A stretch of 64,000 nucleotides of DNA, from the NCBI GenBank assembly GCA_943704415.1, contig CALSCO010000253.1:1-64000 (forward strand), written 5' to 3'. This document shows positions 26,927-40,016 of this stretch, piece after piece (the first letter of the stretch is position 1; each line of letters starts with the position of its first letter). Below the pieces are notes generated by a model that saw nothing but the letters and a program-made list of their open reading frames with translations, ran no database searches and was not told the origin of the DNA. Origin of the DNA: Parvularia atlantis. Taxonomy: Eukaryota. A program made the translations under genes and the position numbers.

Positions 26927-29900
26927 ATGTCGGACGCGGCCGCGACGGCCGAGATCGCGCTGGTGCAGGTCCGCGAGGCGGCTGCGGCGGCGCTGCGCAC
27001 GGCGCGGGACGAGGCCGAGGCACATCGCCGGGCCGCCGAGCGCGCCGAGGCGCAGGCCGCGAAGCTGCAGGCGCTGCTGGCGGCCGAGGTGGAGCAGCGC
27101 AACGCAGAGGCCGCGCAGGTCGAGGACAAGGCGCGGCGGGTCAAGGACTGGGTGACGAAGAAGGTGCGGGCGGGTGCGAAGTACGTGCGCGGCCTGACGC
27201 ATCGGTGAGGGGGCGCGACAGGTCGCCGAGCTGGAGCAGCGCGCCATCGCCGACGGGCAGCAGGTCGTCGCCGCGACCGAACGCGCGCTCAAGGCCGAGC
27301 AGGGTGCGCCGCCTGCGCCTCGCGCGCGCACCGGGGCTGACGTGATCACACCACGCAGCGCTCGCCGCGGCCGAGGAGCAGCTCAAGGTGTGGGAGAAGC
27401 GCACACGCGCGGCCGAGACGCGCATGCACGAGCTTGAGCAGCAGCTGCGCGAGCTGTCGAGGCCGCCGCAGCGGCGCTCGGTGGTGTGTCGCTGCGGCTG
27501 CACAGAGCGTGCCCGCTCATGCACACTCGTGCGTATCCAGATCCCCACCGCAGCATTGGCGCCGCCCGTGACAGCGGCCGCCCCTCCAAAGCCCACCGTC
27601 GCGTCGCTGCGCACGCACGAGCCCGCGGCCGACGCCGGCGCTGCTGCTGCGCGTGCACCGCCGGCTGCCAAGGCGACGAGCCTGCTGACGCGCCAGCTCG
27701 CGAGTCAGGCGCGCGCGCGCGCGTGTGCTTTCTTGATTGCGTGGAAGCCCGCTGACGCGGAGAGCGCACGCAGGACCAGACCGAATACCAGGGGTACCTG
27801 TTCAAGCAGGGAGACAAGGTCAAGGTGTGGAAGCGGCGATACTTTGTGCTGCGGGTGCGGCGGCTGTACTACTACAAGTCGGCCGAGGTGCGCCCTGCCC
27901 CGCCTTGCCGCGCGTGGTGTGCCTGACGCGGGCGGAGCGCAGGAGTTTGGCGCGGGCGAGCTGCTCGGGTGCATCTCGCTGTCGGGCCTGCGCGGCGTGG
28001 CGCAGACCGAGGCCGCCGACAGCAAGCACCCGCACGTGTTTGAGATCCAGACGCCGCAGCGCACGTACGTCCTCGCGGCGGCGTCGCAGACGGAGCTGCG
28101 CGAGTGGATCCAGATTGTGCAGAACGTGATGAAGCGCAGCGTGCGTCGCGCCGAGGCCCGCTGCCGGTGGCGGGGTGTGGGCTCACGGTAGGACGCGCAG
28201 TCGGACTACTTTGTGCGCGCGCTCGACCAGCCCGTGGACGCGACGGCCGTGCAGGGCTGGCTGATCAAGCACAAGCGCGGTGCGCGGAGCGGCCCTATAT
28301 GTGCGTGCGCCTGACGCGCGTGCACGGCGCAGGCTTTTCCGTCTCGCGCTGGTTTGTGCTGCAGAAAAACGCGCTCGTGTTTTACCGCTCGCCGACGGTC
28401 TGCTCTGTGCGTGTGCGCGCGTAGCTGACGCCGAGGCCGCGCTGCACACAGGATCGCGCGCCGCTGGGCTCGATCCTGCTGGACGAGGCTGAGTCGGTCG
28501 AGGTGATCGACGCCGCAGACCAGTCGGATGCGGAGGTGCGTGTGCTGTGCACTGATGGCTGTCGCTCACACGCAACGCAGGACGCGGCGGGCGACCAGGA
28601 TGACCACGCGTTCTTCGCACTGCACATGCGCGCCGGCCGCCCGCGCGCGAACCAGACCGCCGCCGCGGCCGACGACTCGTACTACTTCGAGGCGCTGTCG
28701 CGGCAGGAGATGGAGAAATGGGTCTACTACCTGATGGTGCGCTGTGCCTGCCGCTGCACCAGGCATACTGCTCACAAAGAAGGGTGCCAGATCGCCGTGA
28801 ACGAAGACAGCGACAGCGGCACCGAGACCGAGCGGCTGCTGCACCGGCTCAGCCTGCGGTCGACCACGCCGCTCGACCCGACGCCGTTCTACGGGCAGCA
28901 CGGCATGCTCGCGTTCCAGAAGGCAAGGCGCGGGCCGCACGCCGCCCGCCTCTCTGTGCTCACGCGTGCGCGCACGCGCGCTGCAGGACCCGCTCACCGC
29001 GCCGCTCACGACGCTGTCGTCGGACAGGCTCAGAACCGAGGCCCTGGAGCTGTTCAAGGGTGTGCTGGCGCGCGTGTGTCGGCGTGGCCATCAACCACGT
29101 GCGCGCAGCAATCCAGATGTACAGCAGCACTGTGATCGACCAGAAGGGCGTCGACTACCACGTCGCGCTGGCGCAGTCGATCGTGCGAAAGGGTATTGCC
29201 GAGCTCGAGCTGCGCAACGAGATCTACCTGCAGCTGATCAAACAGACGGTCAACCAGCCGTACCCCAACAGCGCCCTCACGATCCAGTCGTGGCACCTCA
29301 TCGCGCTCATCTGCGGCGTCTTCCTGCCCACGCGCCTTGTGCTGCCGTACCTGCGCCTGCACCTGAAGCGGTGCGTCGCTGGGCTCGCATGGCGGCCTCT
29401 CTCACACGCGCGGCAGGAGCGCGACCAAGGAGACCACCGTGGGCACGTACGCCAAGTACGCCGAGAAGGCGCTCGAGGACGTGCTGCGAGTGGGCGAGCG
29501 GCAGAGCGTCCCGTCGCGCTTCGAGCTGTCGTCGATCATGTTGGTGCGCAAGGTGCAGCGGCAGCCCTGGGCGTGCTGGTGACACGGGCGTGCAGATCCA
29601 GGACATGCCCGTGCAGCGCGTCGACGCGCCCTTCGTGCTTGACGTGACGGTCGTGACGGGCGAGACGGTGGAGGTGCGGTTCGGCGTGGCCGACACCGTG
29701 CGCGACGTGCAAGGTGCGCGCATTGGAGGCACATGTATGTGCCAGGAGGGCTGACACGGCGGCAGCCGCGGTGATGACGCACCTGGGCCTTGAGCCGATC
29801 GTGACGCACCCGACCGAGTACGGCGTGTTCATGAACCACCCGCAGCGCCTCAGCATGGGTGCGCGCACCCCATTCGTGACCGTGGCGGACGCCTGCTCAC

Positions 29901-31353
29901 GCGCGGGCAACGCGCCCCAGAGCTGTACCTGCTGCCGCAGGAGCGCGTCGTCTCGGCCCTGTCGTACTACGACGAGCAGCGCAAGGTGCTCGCGCCGGCG
30001 AACGATGGGGCTGGTGTATCCCGTTCTGGGCCGGTCGTGGTGCGCGCGCACACGCCGCCACATGCCGCAGGCTGCCGGCTCACCGGGTGTTGCAGTCGCT
30101 GCGCGACGACGTGCGCCGGCAGGCTGTCGCTGTGAACCTGACGTTGAAGCTGTGGGTGCGCCTGTGCCTGCCCGCGGCGGCGGTGCATGTGAGCGCGACC
30201 GACACGCGGCACAGATCGTCGCGGTCGAGAACCCGCCCATGTCAAGCATCGGCGCAACGGCCCTCACAGCGGTCGACTTTGGCGCGAGCGGTCCGGCCGA
30301 CGCGTGGTACAAGCGCGCGTCGACGAGCGAGCGTGCGTTCCTGTTTGCGCAGATCAACGACGAGGTGCGCCGCGTGGTGCGCGCTGCCGCATGAGCGCCC
30401 ACCACGCGCGCGTGGCGAGCAGATCGTACACGGGCGCTTCCCCGCGAACCAAGACGCGGCTGCGGCGCTCGCGGCGCTGCAGGCCCAGGTCGAGTGGGGC
30501 GACCACTTCCCGCTGGTCGAGAGCCTGGAGCAGCACAAGCTGATGTGCGTGGGCGACGGCGTGCTTCGTGACGCGCGGGAGCTGACGCACTGTGAGCGCA
30601 GCGCCGTGATCGACCGCTTCTTTCCGGCCAAGAGCCGCCCCGCCGCGCCAGCCGAGACGCAGCGGCTGTGCGCGCTCATCAGCAGCAAGTGGGCGCAGCT
30701 GCGGCACCGCGCGCCGGTCGAGTGCATGGCCGTGTACTTTGCGCACGTGAGCCACTGGCCGCTCTGGGGCAGCGCCTGGGTCGAGGCCGTGCAACAGTTC
30801 TCGGACAAGATCCCGCAGCGCGTGTTGCTCGCCGTGCGCTACAGCGGGCTGTACGTGGTCGACCCGAAGACGCTCGTGCGTGCTTGTGCGGTCCGTGCGG
30901 TGTCGCTGCGCCGGCTGACGCGGTGCCCGCTCGCAGGCCGTCTACGCCACGTTCAGCTTCAAGCAGCTCACGACCTTTGGCAACAGCAACGACAGTCTGT
31001 TCTCTGTCATCGTCGACAAGAAGCCCCTCGGCGGGTTCCAGAAGATCACCTTTCGCCTCGAGTGGGGGGTGCGGCGGCTGCTTTTGATGCCAGCCAGGGC
31101 TGAGCGCCTCCGTGCCAGGCCGCGCAGCTCACCCAGCGCGTCAGCGCCTACATCAACGCGATCCTGCGCAGCCTCGGCGCCGACTCGTTCGCCGCGCGCA
31201 TCCAGCAGTCGAGCGTGCTGGAGGAGACGGCGGCGCGCGCCGGCAACGCGCGGTGCGTCGCGCGGCCGCAGCAGTCGGAAAGCGCTGACACGTTTGCGTG
31301 CCCGCCAGGTCGCCGCCAAACGCAGTCTCGCGCACGGACTTTTACGCCCTTAG
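26927..31353 (+). CDS. PLEKHH/MAX-1-like protein: coiled coil + 2 PH + MyTH4 + FERM
   Basis: QVEDKARRVKDWVTKKVAELE; PH (YQGYLFKQGDKVKVWKRRYFVLR...YVLAAASQTELREWI; VQGWLIKHKR); MyTH4 (PLTTLSSDRLRTEALELFK...DYHVALAQ...LRNEIYLQLIKQT...PSRFE); FERM (QINDEIVHGRFP...LAALQAQVEWGD...WPLWGS). Confidence 0.85.
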
Positions 31354-31401
31354 CTGATCTGAACTGTACACGCTCTGCCACCGCCCGTGCTCCTGCGTCC
31401 G

Positions 31402-33169
31402 TCACAAACACAGCCCCGGCAGCACGCCTTCCAGCCCCTGCGCCACGCACGCCGCCGAGCACTGCGGGCAGCGCTTGATGTCTGCAGCGCGTGAGTGAGC
31501 AGCAGCGCGCGCCGCGCGGGCACGCCGCACCGAGGCAACCCACGTCCATGCTCTGGCGCACGAGCACAAACTGGAGGTCGCGCGAGACGCGCGCGGCGAC
31601 GTCGGCCTTGTCCTGCGCCGCGCGGTCCGCACGTGCGCAACATCGGGGGCCAAGCCGCGCGCACCTTGTCGGTCAAGTAGGCGAGCAGGTCGGGCGGCGC
31701 GGCGCTGCCGGAGCGGCCGGGCCGGTCGGCGCGCCAACAGGCGGCCAGGAGACGTCGCAGGCGCAGGCCCGTGAACAGTCCGAGGTCTACGGTCGTGCTC
31801 GTGGCGGTGGCCTTGACGGCGCCTGCGAGCGTCTCAAGGAGCGGCAGCAGGCCCTCGTACAGCTTGCCGACGTCGAGCAGGCGCCCGACCGGCACGGCGC
31901 TGAGCACGGGCGTGTTTACGAGCACCGTCGCGACGCCACAACCGGCCGAGGGCCGCAGGCTGAACGCGCCCGCGCCAAACATCGCCACGAACGGCTCCAG
32001 CGCACCCGCGATCGGCAGCGGGAAGAAGTCGTCGGGGCCGAGCGCGCCGGCGGTGGCGCACTGCAGCTCCAGCAGCAGCGAGAAGATGTCGACCGTTTCG
32101 TCGGGCGCGGCGGGCTGCGATGGGTCTTGCGCGGCCGTCGCGGGCTCGCGCTGCGTGTGCCGCATGACGGCCGCCAGCGGCCGTTCCGTCGTGAGCATGA
32201 TGGCCCGCACGAGCCCACGCCTACTCATCAGGAATGGCAGCAACTGCCGCCGCGGCGGCCGTCAGCGGATGTGGCACTGCGGCGAGTGGACGCGCGGCAC
32301 CTGCGCGAGGTCGGGCCAGGGCTGCTCGACGTTGAGCGTGAGGATGACCTGGATTTGTTGGAACTGCAGCGCCTGCTCGAGGAACTGCTGCAGCTCGGTC
32401 ATGCACAGTTCCTCGTCGCCGCGCTTGAGGTAGTACCTGCCGGTGCTGCGCGTGAGCGAACGGACAATCCAGAGCGTGCAAGAACGCACTTGACGGCCGG
32501 GTACGCGCGCGGCGACAGAAAGACCGAGTCGGGCAGCTTGCACAGCCCGAGCAGGCGGTCAAACGAGGCCTCGACCAGGAGCGGGCTCGGCCAGGGCAGC
32601 GCGGCCTCAACGAGGCGCAGCTTGTGGTTGAGCTCGGCCACATCGTCTGCCAGGCGGCCCTGCGCGCACAGCACGAAGCCGCGCCCGGCCGGATGCAGCT
32701 GCACGAGCCGCGCGACGTCAGTGCGCAGCTGCTCGTCCGGCACAAACGCCCCGTCGGCCCACACGGCGCAGTCGAGCACGGCCGGGCGGCACGGCGGCAG
32801 GGGCTGGCCCGTGCGGGCCTGCTGCCGCGCGAGCAGCGCGTCGGCGGTGGCACGCGCGTCGCTGAGGCGCAGCGCTGTTGGCTCGCGCGCAGGCGGCAGC
32901 CGGAACGCGAGCTGGCGGCGGAAGAAGGCCGCGTCGGCGCAGTAGAGTACGTTGTGGTGGCCGTGGACGGGGCAGCGGATCGACAGCACGACCTCGCGCC
33001 CGCCGCGGTCGACCACGGCCGCGTCGCGCCACAGCAGGCCCTGGCGATCGACCGCGGTGCAGCGCAGGCACAGCGCCCACGTGCGGTACAGCACGACGCT
33101 CTGGCGACGCGCGGGCGCGTGAGAGAGCGCGAGGACGCGCGCCGTCACGCTACGCACCACCGCGGCCAT
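31402..33169 (-). CDS. Divergent homologue of the Tes/GDGT-MAS (MJ0619) radical-SAM family lacking the CxxxCxxC motif
   Basis: N-terminal TWALCLRC...AAVVDRGGREVVLSIRCPVHGHHNVLYCADAAFF (CxxC...CPxHG metal site). C-terminal SMDVGCLDIKRCPQC has the spacing of the family motif MDxxxxD(V/I)KRxxxC. At least 4 introns; last exon frame slightly uncertain. Confidence 0.6.
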
Positions 33170-33215
33170 TGCTGCATGACAGTCTGCGGCGCCACGTCTT
33201 TTCGCGCGGCCAGCC

Positions 33216-36010
33216 ATGAAGGAGGCCGACCTCGACAAGGTCGTGCTGCAGTACCTGCAGAAGCGCGGCTTCCGCGGCGCCGAGAACGCGCTGCGCGCCG
33301 AGGCGGAGCTGGACGAGCTCGCGTTTGAGGTGCGGTGGTGCGGTGCCGCCACGCGTGCTGCCCCCCCCCCCCCCCCCCCCCCCCTGACGTGTGCGCGCGC
33401 GACAAGCTCAACGCCGAGGATGAGGCGAGCGTGTCCAACTACATCCTCTTCCACAGCGCCAACGACAACAACCCGCGCGTGCACGACGAGAGCTTCCGCA
33501 GCCTGGCCGCGTGGATCGACGACTCGCTCGACATGTACAAGGTGCGTGCGCTTTGCGCCGCTTGCCGCCGCCCCAGCCAACGGCGGCGGTCCGCGCAGGC
33601 CGAGCTGCGCGCCGTGCTGTACCCGCTCTTCCTGCACCTGTTCCTGGACCTCGTGTCCAAGGGCCTGAACGCGGAGGGCACGTGGCGCGTGCGCGCGCGT
33701 GCTGCCGGTTGACGGTGTTGGTGCAGCGCGCACGTTCATGCAGCAGCACAAGGGCGAGTTTATGGAGCGGCACGGCGCCGACATTGCGCGGCTCGAGGCC
33801 GTGACGGACGCACACGTGAACGAGAGCGAGGTCGTGGCCAGGTACCGCGCGTTCAAGTATGGCGTGCGGATGTGCGCCTACTCGTTTGAGCTCCTGCTGT
33901 CGTTCCTGCAAGACCGCCACTTTACGCTGCTCCTGCGCCTGCTGAACCAGCACGTCAACATCGAGGGCGCGCGCGGCGCCGTATGCACGTGTCGCATTCG
34001 GTTTGCTGACATCGCGCGGCCGCGCAGTGTTCTCGGGCCCGCCGCAGGCGATCGTCGAGGACGCGGGCCTCGTGCCCGCCTCGGTGCACGCCGCGGGCGC
34101 GCCAAACGGCCAGGCGGGCGGGTCAGACGCGGCGGCCGCCGCCGGCCCAGCGCCGCCGGTGACGGTCGAGTCGATCAACGCGCAGCCGATCATGTGGGGC
34201 CACATCGAGCTCGACCCATACGTATGCGCGCGCGCTGGCACACGCGAGGATGGCTGGCTCACGCGCGCAACGCAGGCCGACAAGAAGAAGGAGCAGGACC
34301 CGGCCAAGAAGGTGCGCCAGGCCGAGATCGCCGCCGCCGCGCCGCCGGCCGACCGCATCCCGCGCCCGACCACGTGCGCCGCGCGCCCTCCTCGGCATGT
34401 GCACCGCGCCTGACGCGACAGTGGCGCGCAGGCGCGAGGAGGACAAGATGATCGAGGGCTACACGCTCGAGGACCTGCGGCACATGGTCTCGCTGGGGCC
34501 ATCGGCGCTGCCATCGATCTGCTGCTACACGTTCCACAACGCACAGGACACACTCTCGTCTATCTCGCTCTCGCACGACACGACGTGGATGGCCAGCGGG
34601 TACAGCGACTCGTCCATTCACGTGCACAACCTGAAGGGGGTGCGGCCACCGCGTGCCCTCCCCCTTCCGCCGCGGTGCAGAGTGCTCACGGGGCGCGCGA
34701 CAGGACACGATCAAGACCGTCAAGAGCGGCGTCGACCTCATGACGCAGACGGTGCCGCCCGGTGCGACGCTCAGCCAGTTTCAAATCGACACGGGCAAGA
34801 GCTCTGCCAAGATGGCGCGTCTGCCAGGCACAGAGGCCGCAGTGGCGTGCTGACAGCCGCGCGCGACGCAGTCGGGCCACTGTGGGCCGGTGTACGGAAC
34901 GTCGTTCAGCCACGACAACCGCTTCCTTCTGAGCTGTGCCGAGGACGGGACAGGTGCGCCGGGCCACAGCGCGTGTGTGCCGCTCATGAGCGTGCGTGAC
35001 GCGGCAGCGCGGCTGTGGTCGCTCGACACGCTCGCCAACGTGGTCGCGTACCGCGGGCACAACTACCCGGTCTGGGACTGCGACTTTTCGCCGTTCTCGT
35101 TCTACTTTGCGACGGGCTCGTACGACCGCACGGCGCGCCTGTGGTCGTGCGACCACGTGCACCCGCTGCGCATCTTTGCGGGGCACCTGTCGGACGTGGA
35201 CGTGCGTGCGGCGCGGCGATCGTTACCAGCGCGCCGCTCACGGCAGCGCGCGCAGGCGGTCAAGTTCCACCCGAACGCAAACTACCTCGCGACGGGCTCG
35301 TCGGACCGGACAGGTACGCTCGGCTGCGCGTCGCGCGCACACCCCACGCCTGCCGAGCCACCGCCGCGGCAGTGCGCCTTTGGGACGTGCAGAAGGGCTC
35401 ACCGGCACGCGTGTTCCTCGGGCACACGGCGCCCGTGCACGCGCTCGCGTTCAGCCCAGACGGGCGCTACCTGGCCTCGGGCGGCGAGGACGCGACCGTG
35501 TGCGTGTGGGATCTGGCATCGGGCAAGCGGCTGCGCCGGCTCACGGGCCACAAGTGCGTGTGAAGGCGTCCGTGCGCGCGCGGTCAGCTCACAGCCGCGC
35601 AGAGGGGTCGTGTACTCGCTCAGCTTCTCGTACGACGGCACGGTCATTGCGTCGGGCTCGTCCGACTGCACCGTGCGCGTGTGGGACGCGTCCAAGATCG
35701 CCACGGGCGCCAAGACCGAGCCGACAACCGCGTCCGCGCTGGCAGCCGCTGACGGGTGTGCCGGCCCTCACGCGCAAACTCGCGACACGGCGCGCTCACC
35801 TGACGCTGGCAGGGCACCAAGGGACGGCGCAGGCGCAGGCGCAGGCGCAGGCGCAGGCGAGCTGCTCGCGACGTTCCGCACGAAGAACACGCCCGTGCAG
35901 CTGGTGCGCCGCGTGCCGGTCCCTTTGTGGCTGTGCGCTGACCGCGCGTGGCGCAGGCGCGGTTCACGCATCGCAACATCCTCCTTGTCGCGGGCGCGTA
36001 CACGTTGTGA
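33216..36010 (+). CDS. TAF5: TFIID subunit TAF5
   Basis: LisH (VVLQYLQKRGF), NTD2 (WIDDSLDMYKAELRAVLYPLFLHLFLDLV), LPSICCYTFHN, WD40 repeats (YRGHNYPVWD, PLRIFAGHLSDVD, KFHPNANYLATGSSDRT), end TFRTKNTPVQLARFTHRNILL. Confidence 0.96.
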
Positions 36011-36038
36011 TCATTGGTCGGGAAGCTGTGGCGCGCGT

Positions 36039-37672
36039 TTACTGAGCATGGCAGCGGGGGAGAGCGTCGCGGCGGCGCACCGTCAGCTCGGCCCTGATCC
36101 AGACTTCTTTGGCGCGCAGCAGCGAGAACGTGTTGTCGAGCTCGACGCGCAGCACGCCCGCGTGCGCGCACACGGTCGTGCCCTCGACGATGTCGTGGTC
36201 CTTGCCGACCTGCGTCCCGCGCGCGAGCTCGACCGGCTCGGTGTCGTTCGGCGCGAGCACGACGGCGTACGAGATATCATGCGCGGCCACGACAAAGCGC
36301 CACTGCGGCGCACCGGTGAGCACCGCAGAGCACGCACACCGCACCGCACCGTGGCAGTCACGCCGGCCACCGGCACTGCGACCTCGTGCGAGGCCTTGGA
36401 GCGCGCGGCGACGTGCACGCGCTGGTAGCCCTGCGAGCGCCGCTTGTCACACGCTTGTCAACAGCAGACAAACGCGCGTGCGCACCTCCTCCTCCCACGT
36501 CACGGCCGTTCGGTACTCGCTGCGCGGCACCTCACCTGGTGGCGCACTTTGGGCGGCCGCGCTGCACAGGCGTCACACGCACCGCCAACGGGCACAAGGA
36601 CCGAGCAGACGTCGTCTGGCGCGCGCAGCTGTCCGCCGTAGCAGACGGGCAGCTCGCTTGCGTCAATCTCCTTGAGCAGATCATCGCGCCAGTCTGCGCC
36701 GCAAAATTGGAACTTGCGCACCTGCGCGACACGTCGTGAGCCGCAGTGCGCACGCGCGTCAGACGTGCGCACGACCATGTTCTCGTCGAAGAAGCCCTTG
36801 ATCATGTTCCAGCCGATCCTACCGCGCTCGCGTCAGAGCGCACGCCACGGAGGCTCGCGCGCGGCGCACTGCAGCAGACGCGGCTGCGGCACGTTGACGA
36901 TGAAGCATTTTTCGAGCTGCTCCGGGTAGTTGTCTGTGCGCGCCGTTTTTTTTTTTTTTTTTTGGCCGACTGCGCACGCGCGCATGCACGCTCTCCTCAC
37001 CAGCCAGCAGTGTCATCATCTCGCGGAAGAGCGAGAGGAAGAGCGGGCGCATGTGCCGCACGCCCGCGCCCTTAAGGTCCTGGATCAGCAAGATGCGCGC
37101 CGGCACGCCCGGGTCAGCCTCGCGCAGCTCGCGCATGCGTTGGCCCAGGCGCTCCGTGTTCCACATCCTGCGCACGCACATTGAGCGGTCGTAGCGCAGC
37201 CGGGAGGTCCGCCGCACGCCACCAGAAGCGCAGCAGCTCGGCGCGGCTTGTCGCGTGCATCATCCCGGCGTAGTCGGCCGCGCCGAAGCGGTCCACGAGC
37301 ACGACGTGCCCGCGACGCCCGCGCCCGCACATGCCGCTGGGAAAGTAGCGCTGGAGCACGTCGGGCGGGGTGTAGTCGCGCACGATCGTGTCGGCGCCGA
37401 CGCGCCTGCGCCACGCGAGCGAGTGTTCCTGCAGGCGGAGGTTAGCGCGCGGATCTGTGCGGTCGGCAGGGCGCACGAGCATCTCGGCCGCTCGCTCCAC
37501 GTCCATCCGGCGCGCGCGAAGCCAGCGCATCAGCATCTCGTCCGTGCGCTCCCACGCGGGCCGCTCAACCAGCAGCGCCTGACAGCGCGTCAGACACGCC
37601 CGCGACGCCGCCGAAACAGCGCACCGCGACGCGCAGCCTGAACGACGCGAGTGCCTGCGCCTCGTTATCCAT
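36039..37672 (-). CDS. SEC14-like lipid transfer protein (CRAL-TRIO + GOLD)
   Basis: [68 protein letters not shown] domain [12 protein letters not shown]...[19 protein letters not shown]. Confidence 0.9.
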
Positions 37673-37691
37673 CTCGAAAGTCGACGAAAGT

Positions 37692-39973
37692 ATGACGGGC
37701 TGGTCACGTGGCGTCGCGGTGCTCACCGTCCTCGCGGCGCTCGTCGCGGCGGCGGCGGCTGCGGCGGCGGACGAGCACGCGCGCGTCGTGCGCTCGACCG
37801 ACGGCCGCGTGCAGCTGCGCATCAACGAGCCGACGCTGTGCGCCCCCGACGTGCAGCAGTGCGTGCGCGCGCGCGTGATCTGTGCTTCCGTGTGGGGCTC
37901 ATCTGCGCAAACGCGGCGTGTGTGCGCGTGCAGGTACGCTGGCTACATCGACATCGACGACGAGAAGGTGCGGCCGTGGCTGCGCACGGGGGCGGGGCGG
38001 GGCGGCGTGGTCGCTGACGCGTGCCCGCAGCACTACTTCTTCTGGTTCTTTGAGAGTCGCAACAGCCCCGCGACCGACCCGATCATCTCGTTTCACAACG
38101 GCGGCCCGGGCTGCTCGAGCATGGTGCGCGTGCGCTGGCCGCGGTGCCCCGGTCGCTGACGGGTGGCGTGGCAGGTCGGTTTGCTTGCCGAGAAGATTGG
38201 CCCGTGCGAGATCGCCGACGACCTGACCGAGATCCCGAACGAGTACACGTGGATCCGGTGCGACGCACGCTGCACGATGCGTGACGCACTGCGCTGCAGG
38301 GCGGGAAACTGAGCGTGCCAATTGCGCGCCGCAGCAACGCCTCGCTCATCTCGATCGACGCGCCTGTCGGCGCCGGCTTCTCCTACTGTGTGTCTGCCGC
38401 GCGCATCCACGTCGGCGCATGACGAGTGACCGCGCGCACGCACGCCGCGCATGCTGCGCACGCCAGCGGACGGCAACCTGACGACGATCAACTCGAAGCA
38501 GTACGCGGACGACCTCTGGGCGTTCTTCAACCTGTTTTTCGACACATTCCCTAAGTGCGTGCGCATCCGCAGCCCTGCCCTTCGCGTGATGCGCGCCTCT
38601 CGGCAGGTACCGCTCGCTGCCGCTGCACGTCTTTGGCGAGTCGTACGCCGGTGCGCTGCCTCTGCCGCTGCCGTGGCCACGCGCTGATGCCGACGCAGGT
38701 CACTACGTGCCCGCGCTCGCCTCGCGCATCGTCGAGGGCAACAATGCGGGCGAGTCCGACATCAACCTGCAGAGCATCGCTGTCGGCAACGCCCTGGTTG
38801 ACGCGCTGTACCAGTACCCGTCGTACCCGCGCATGGGTGCGCGCGCGCCGGCTGGCGGCTCGGCTCACGCACGACGTCAGCGTGCAACAACTCGTACGGC
38901 ATCAAAGTCTTCGAGCAAGACGTGTGCGACTTTATGGAGAGCCGCATGCCGCCGTGCATTGAGCGCATCGAGAAGTGCGCGCGCGTGTGGGTCCGTGCGC
39001 GACGCCACTGACGCGCGGTGGCCGCTGCAGGTGCTACGCCGAGGACGCCTGGGCGCCGTGCGTGTGGTCGGGCCTTAGCTGCAACCTCGTCCAGATCTCC
39101 CTCGTCAAGTTTGACCGCCTGACCGACCGCAACCCGTACGACGTGCGTGCGGCTGGCGGCCCGCTGCGGCGCGGCGCGGCAGCCTCACAGCCGCGCGCGT
39201 GCGCAATAGATCCGCATCCCGTGCGAGGTCGGCAACCTGTGCTACGACTTTTCCTCGCTCGAGCGCTACCTGCGCGACGACGACGTCAAGGCGCAGCTGG
39301 GCGTGAACAAGTACTGGCGCAGCTGCAAGTGCGTCTGCGACGGTGTCTGCGCCTGTTTGCCCGGTCGCTGACGCGCGCGCGCGTAGCTACCGGTGTGATC
39401 CGCCATGACGCCGTGCGCGGCTCCGCTGACGCTCGCGCGCTCGATCGCTCGCGCACAGCATCAACCTGCTGTTCCAGCTCGTTGGCGCCGACTGGATGCG
39501 CCCGTACGGCGACCTTGTGCCGCCGCTGCTGGACGAGGCCGGCGTGCGCGTGCTCGTGTACTCGGGCGACGCGGACTACATTGGTGCGGCCGGGACGACG
39601 CGTGCTGCCGCTGCGGCTGCGCGCTCACGTGGCCGGCCCCGCCCACAGTCAACTGGTACGGCAGCCTCGACGCGACCGTCGCGATGCAGTGGTCGGGCGG
39701 CGACGCGTTCCGGCGCACGACGATGACGCCATGGATCGTCAACGGCCAGGAGGCGGGCGAGTTCCGCACGTACGGCCCGCTGAGCTTCCTGCGCGCGTAC
39801 GAGGCCGGTGCGCCCCTTTGCCGCTTGCGCTCGATCGCAGGCACGGCTTGCTCACCCTCGCGGCGCTGCCCCCCCCCCCAGGCCACATGTTCCCGATGGA
39901 CCAGCCCGACCGCGCGCTTCAGATGGTCCAGGCCTGGGTCAACAACGAGCCCTTCCCGACGCGCTCGTCGTGA
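37692..39973 (+). CDS. Serine carboxypeptidase, family S10 (CPY-like), secreted/vacuolar
   Basis: Signal peptide; [32 protein letters not shown], catalytic [24 protein letters not shown]. Confidence 0.93.
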
Positions 39974-40016
39974 GCCCCCACACTTTTGTGTCCCCTCGCA
40001 CCAGCGCATCATCGCG

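Noticed and set aside
31350..31353. Second interlocked stop pair (PLEKHH TAG with a minus-strand TAA at 31350)
   Set aside because: My splice model of the minus-strand gene stops at 31402. The 31350 stop is in another frame (GWKACCRGCV...), reachable only with a different acceptor or a sequence error.
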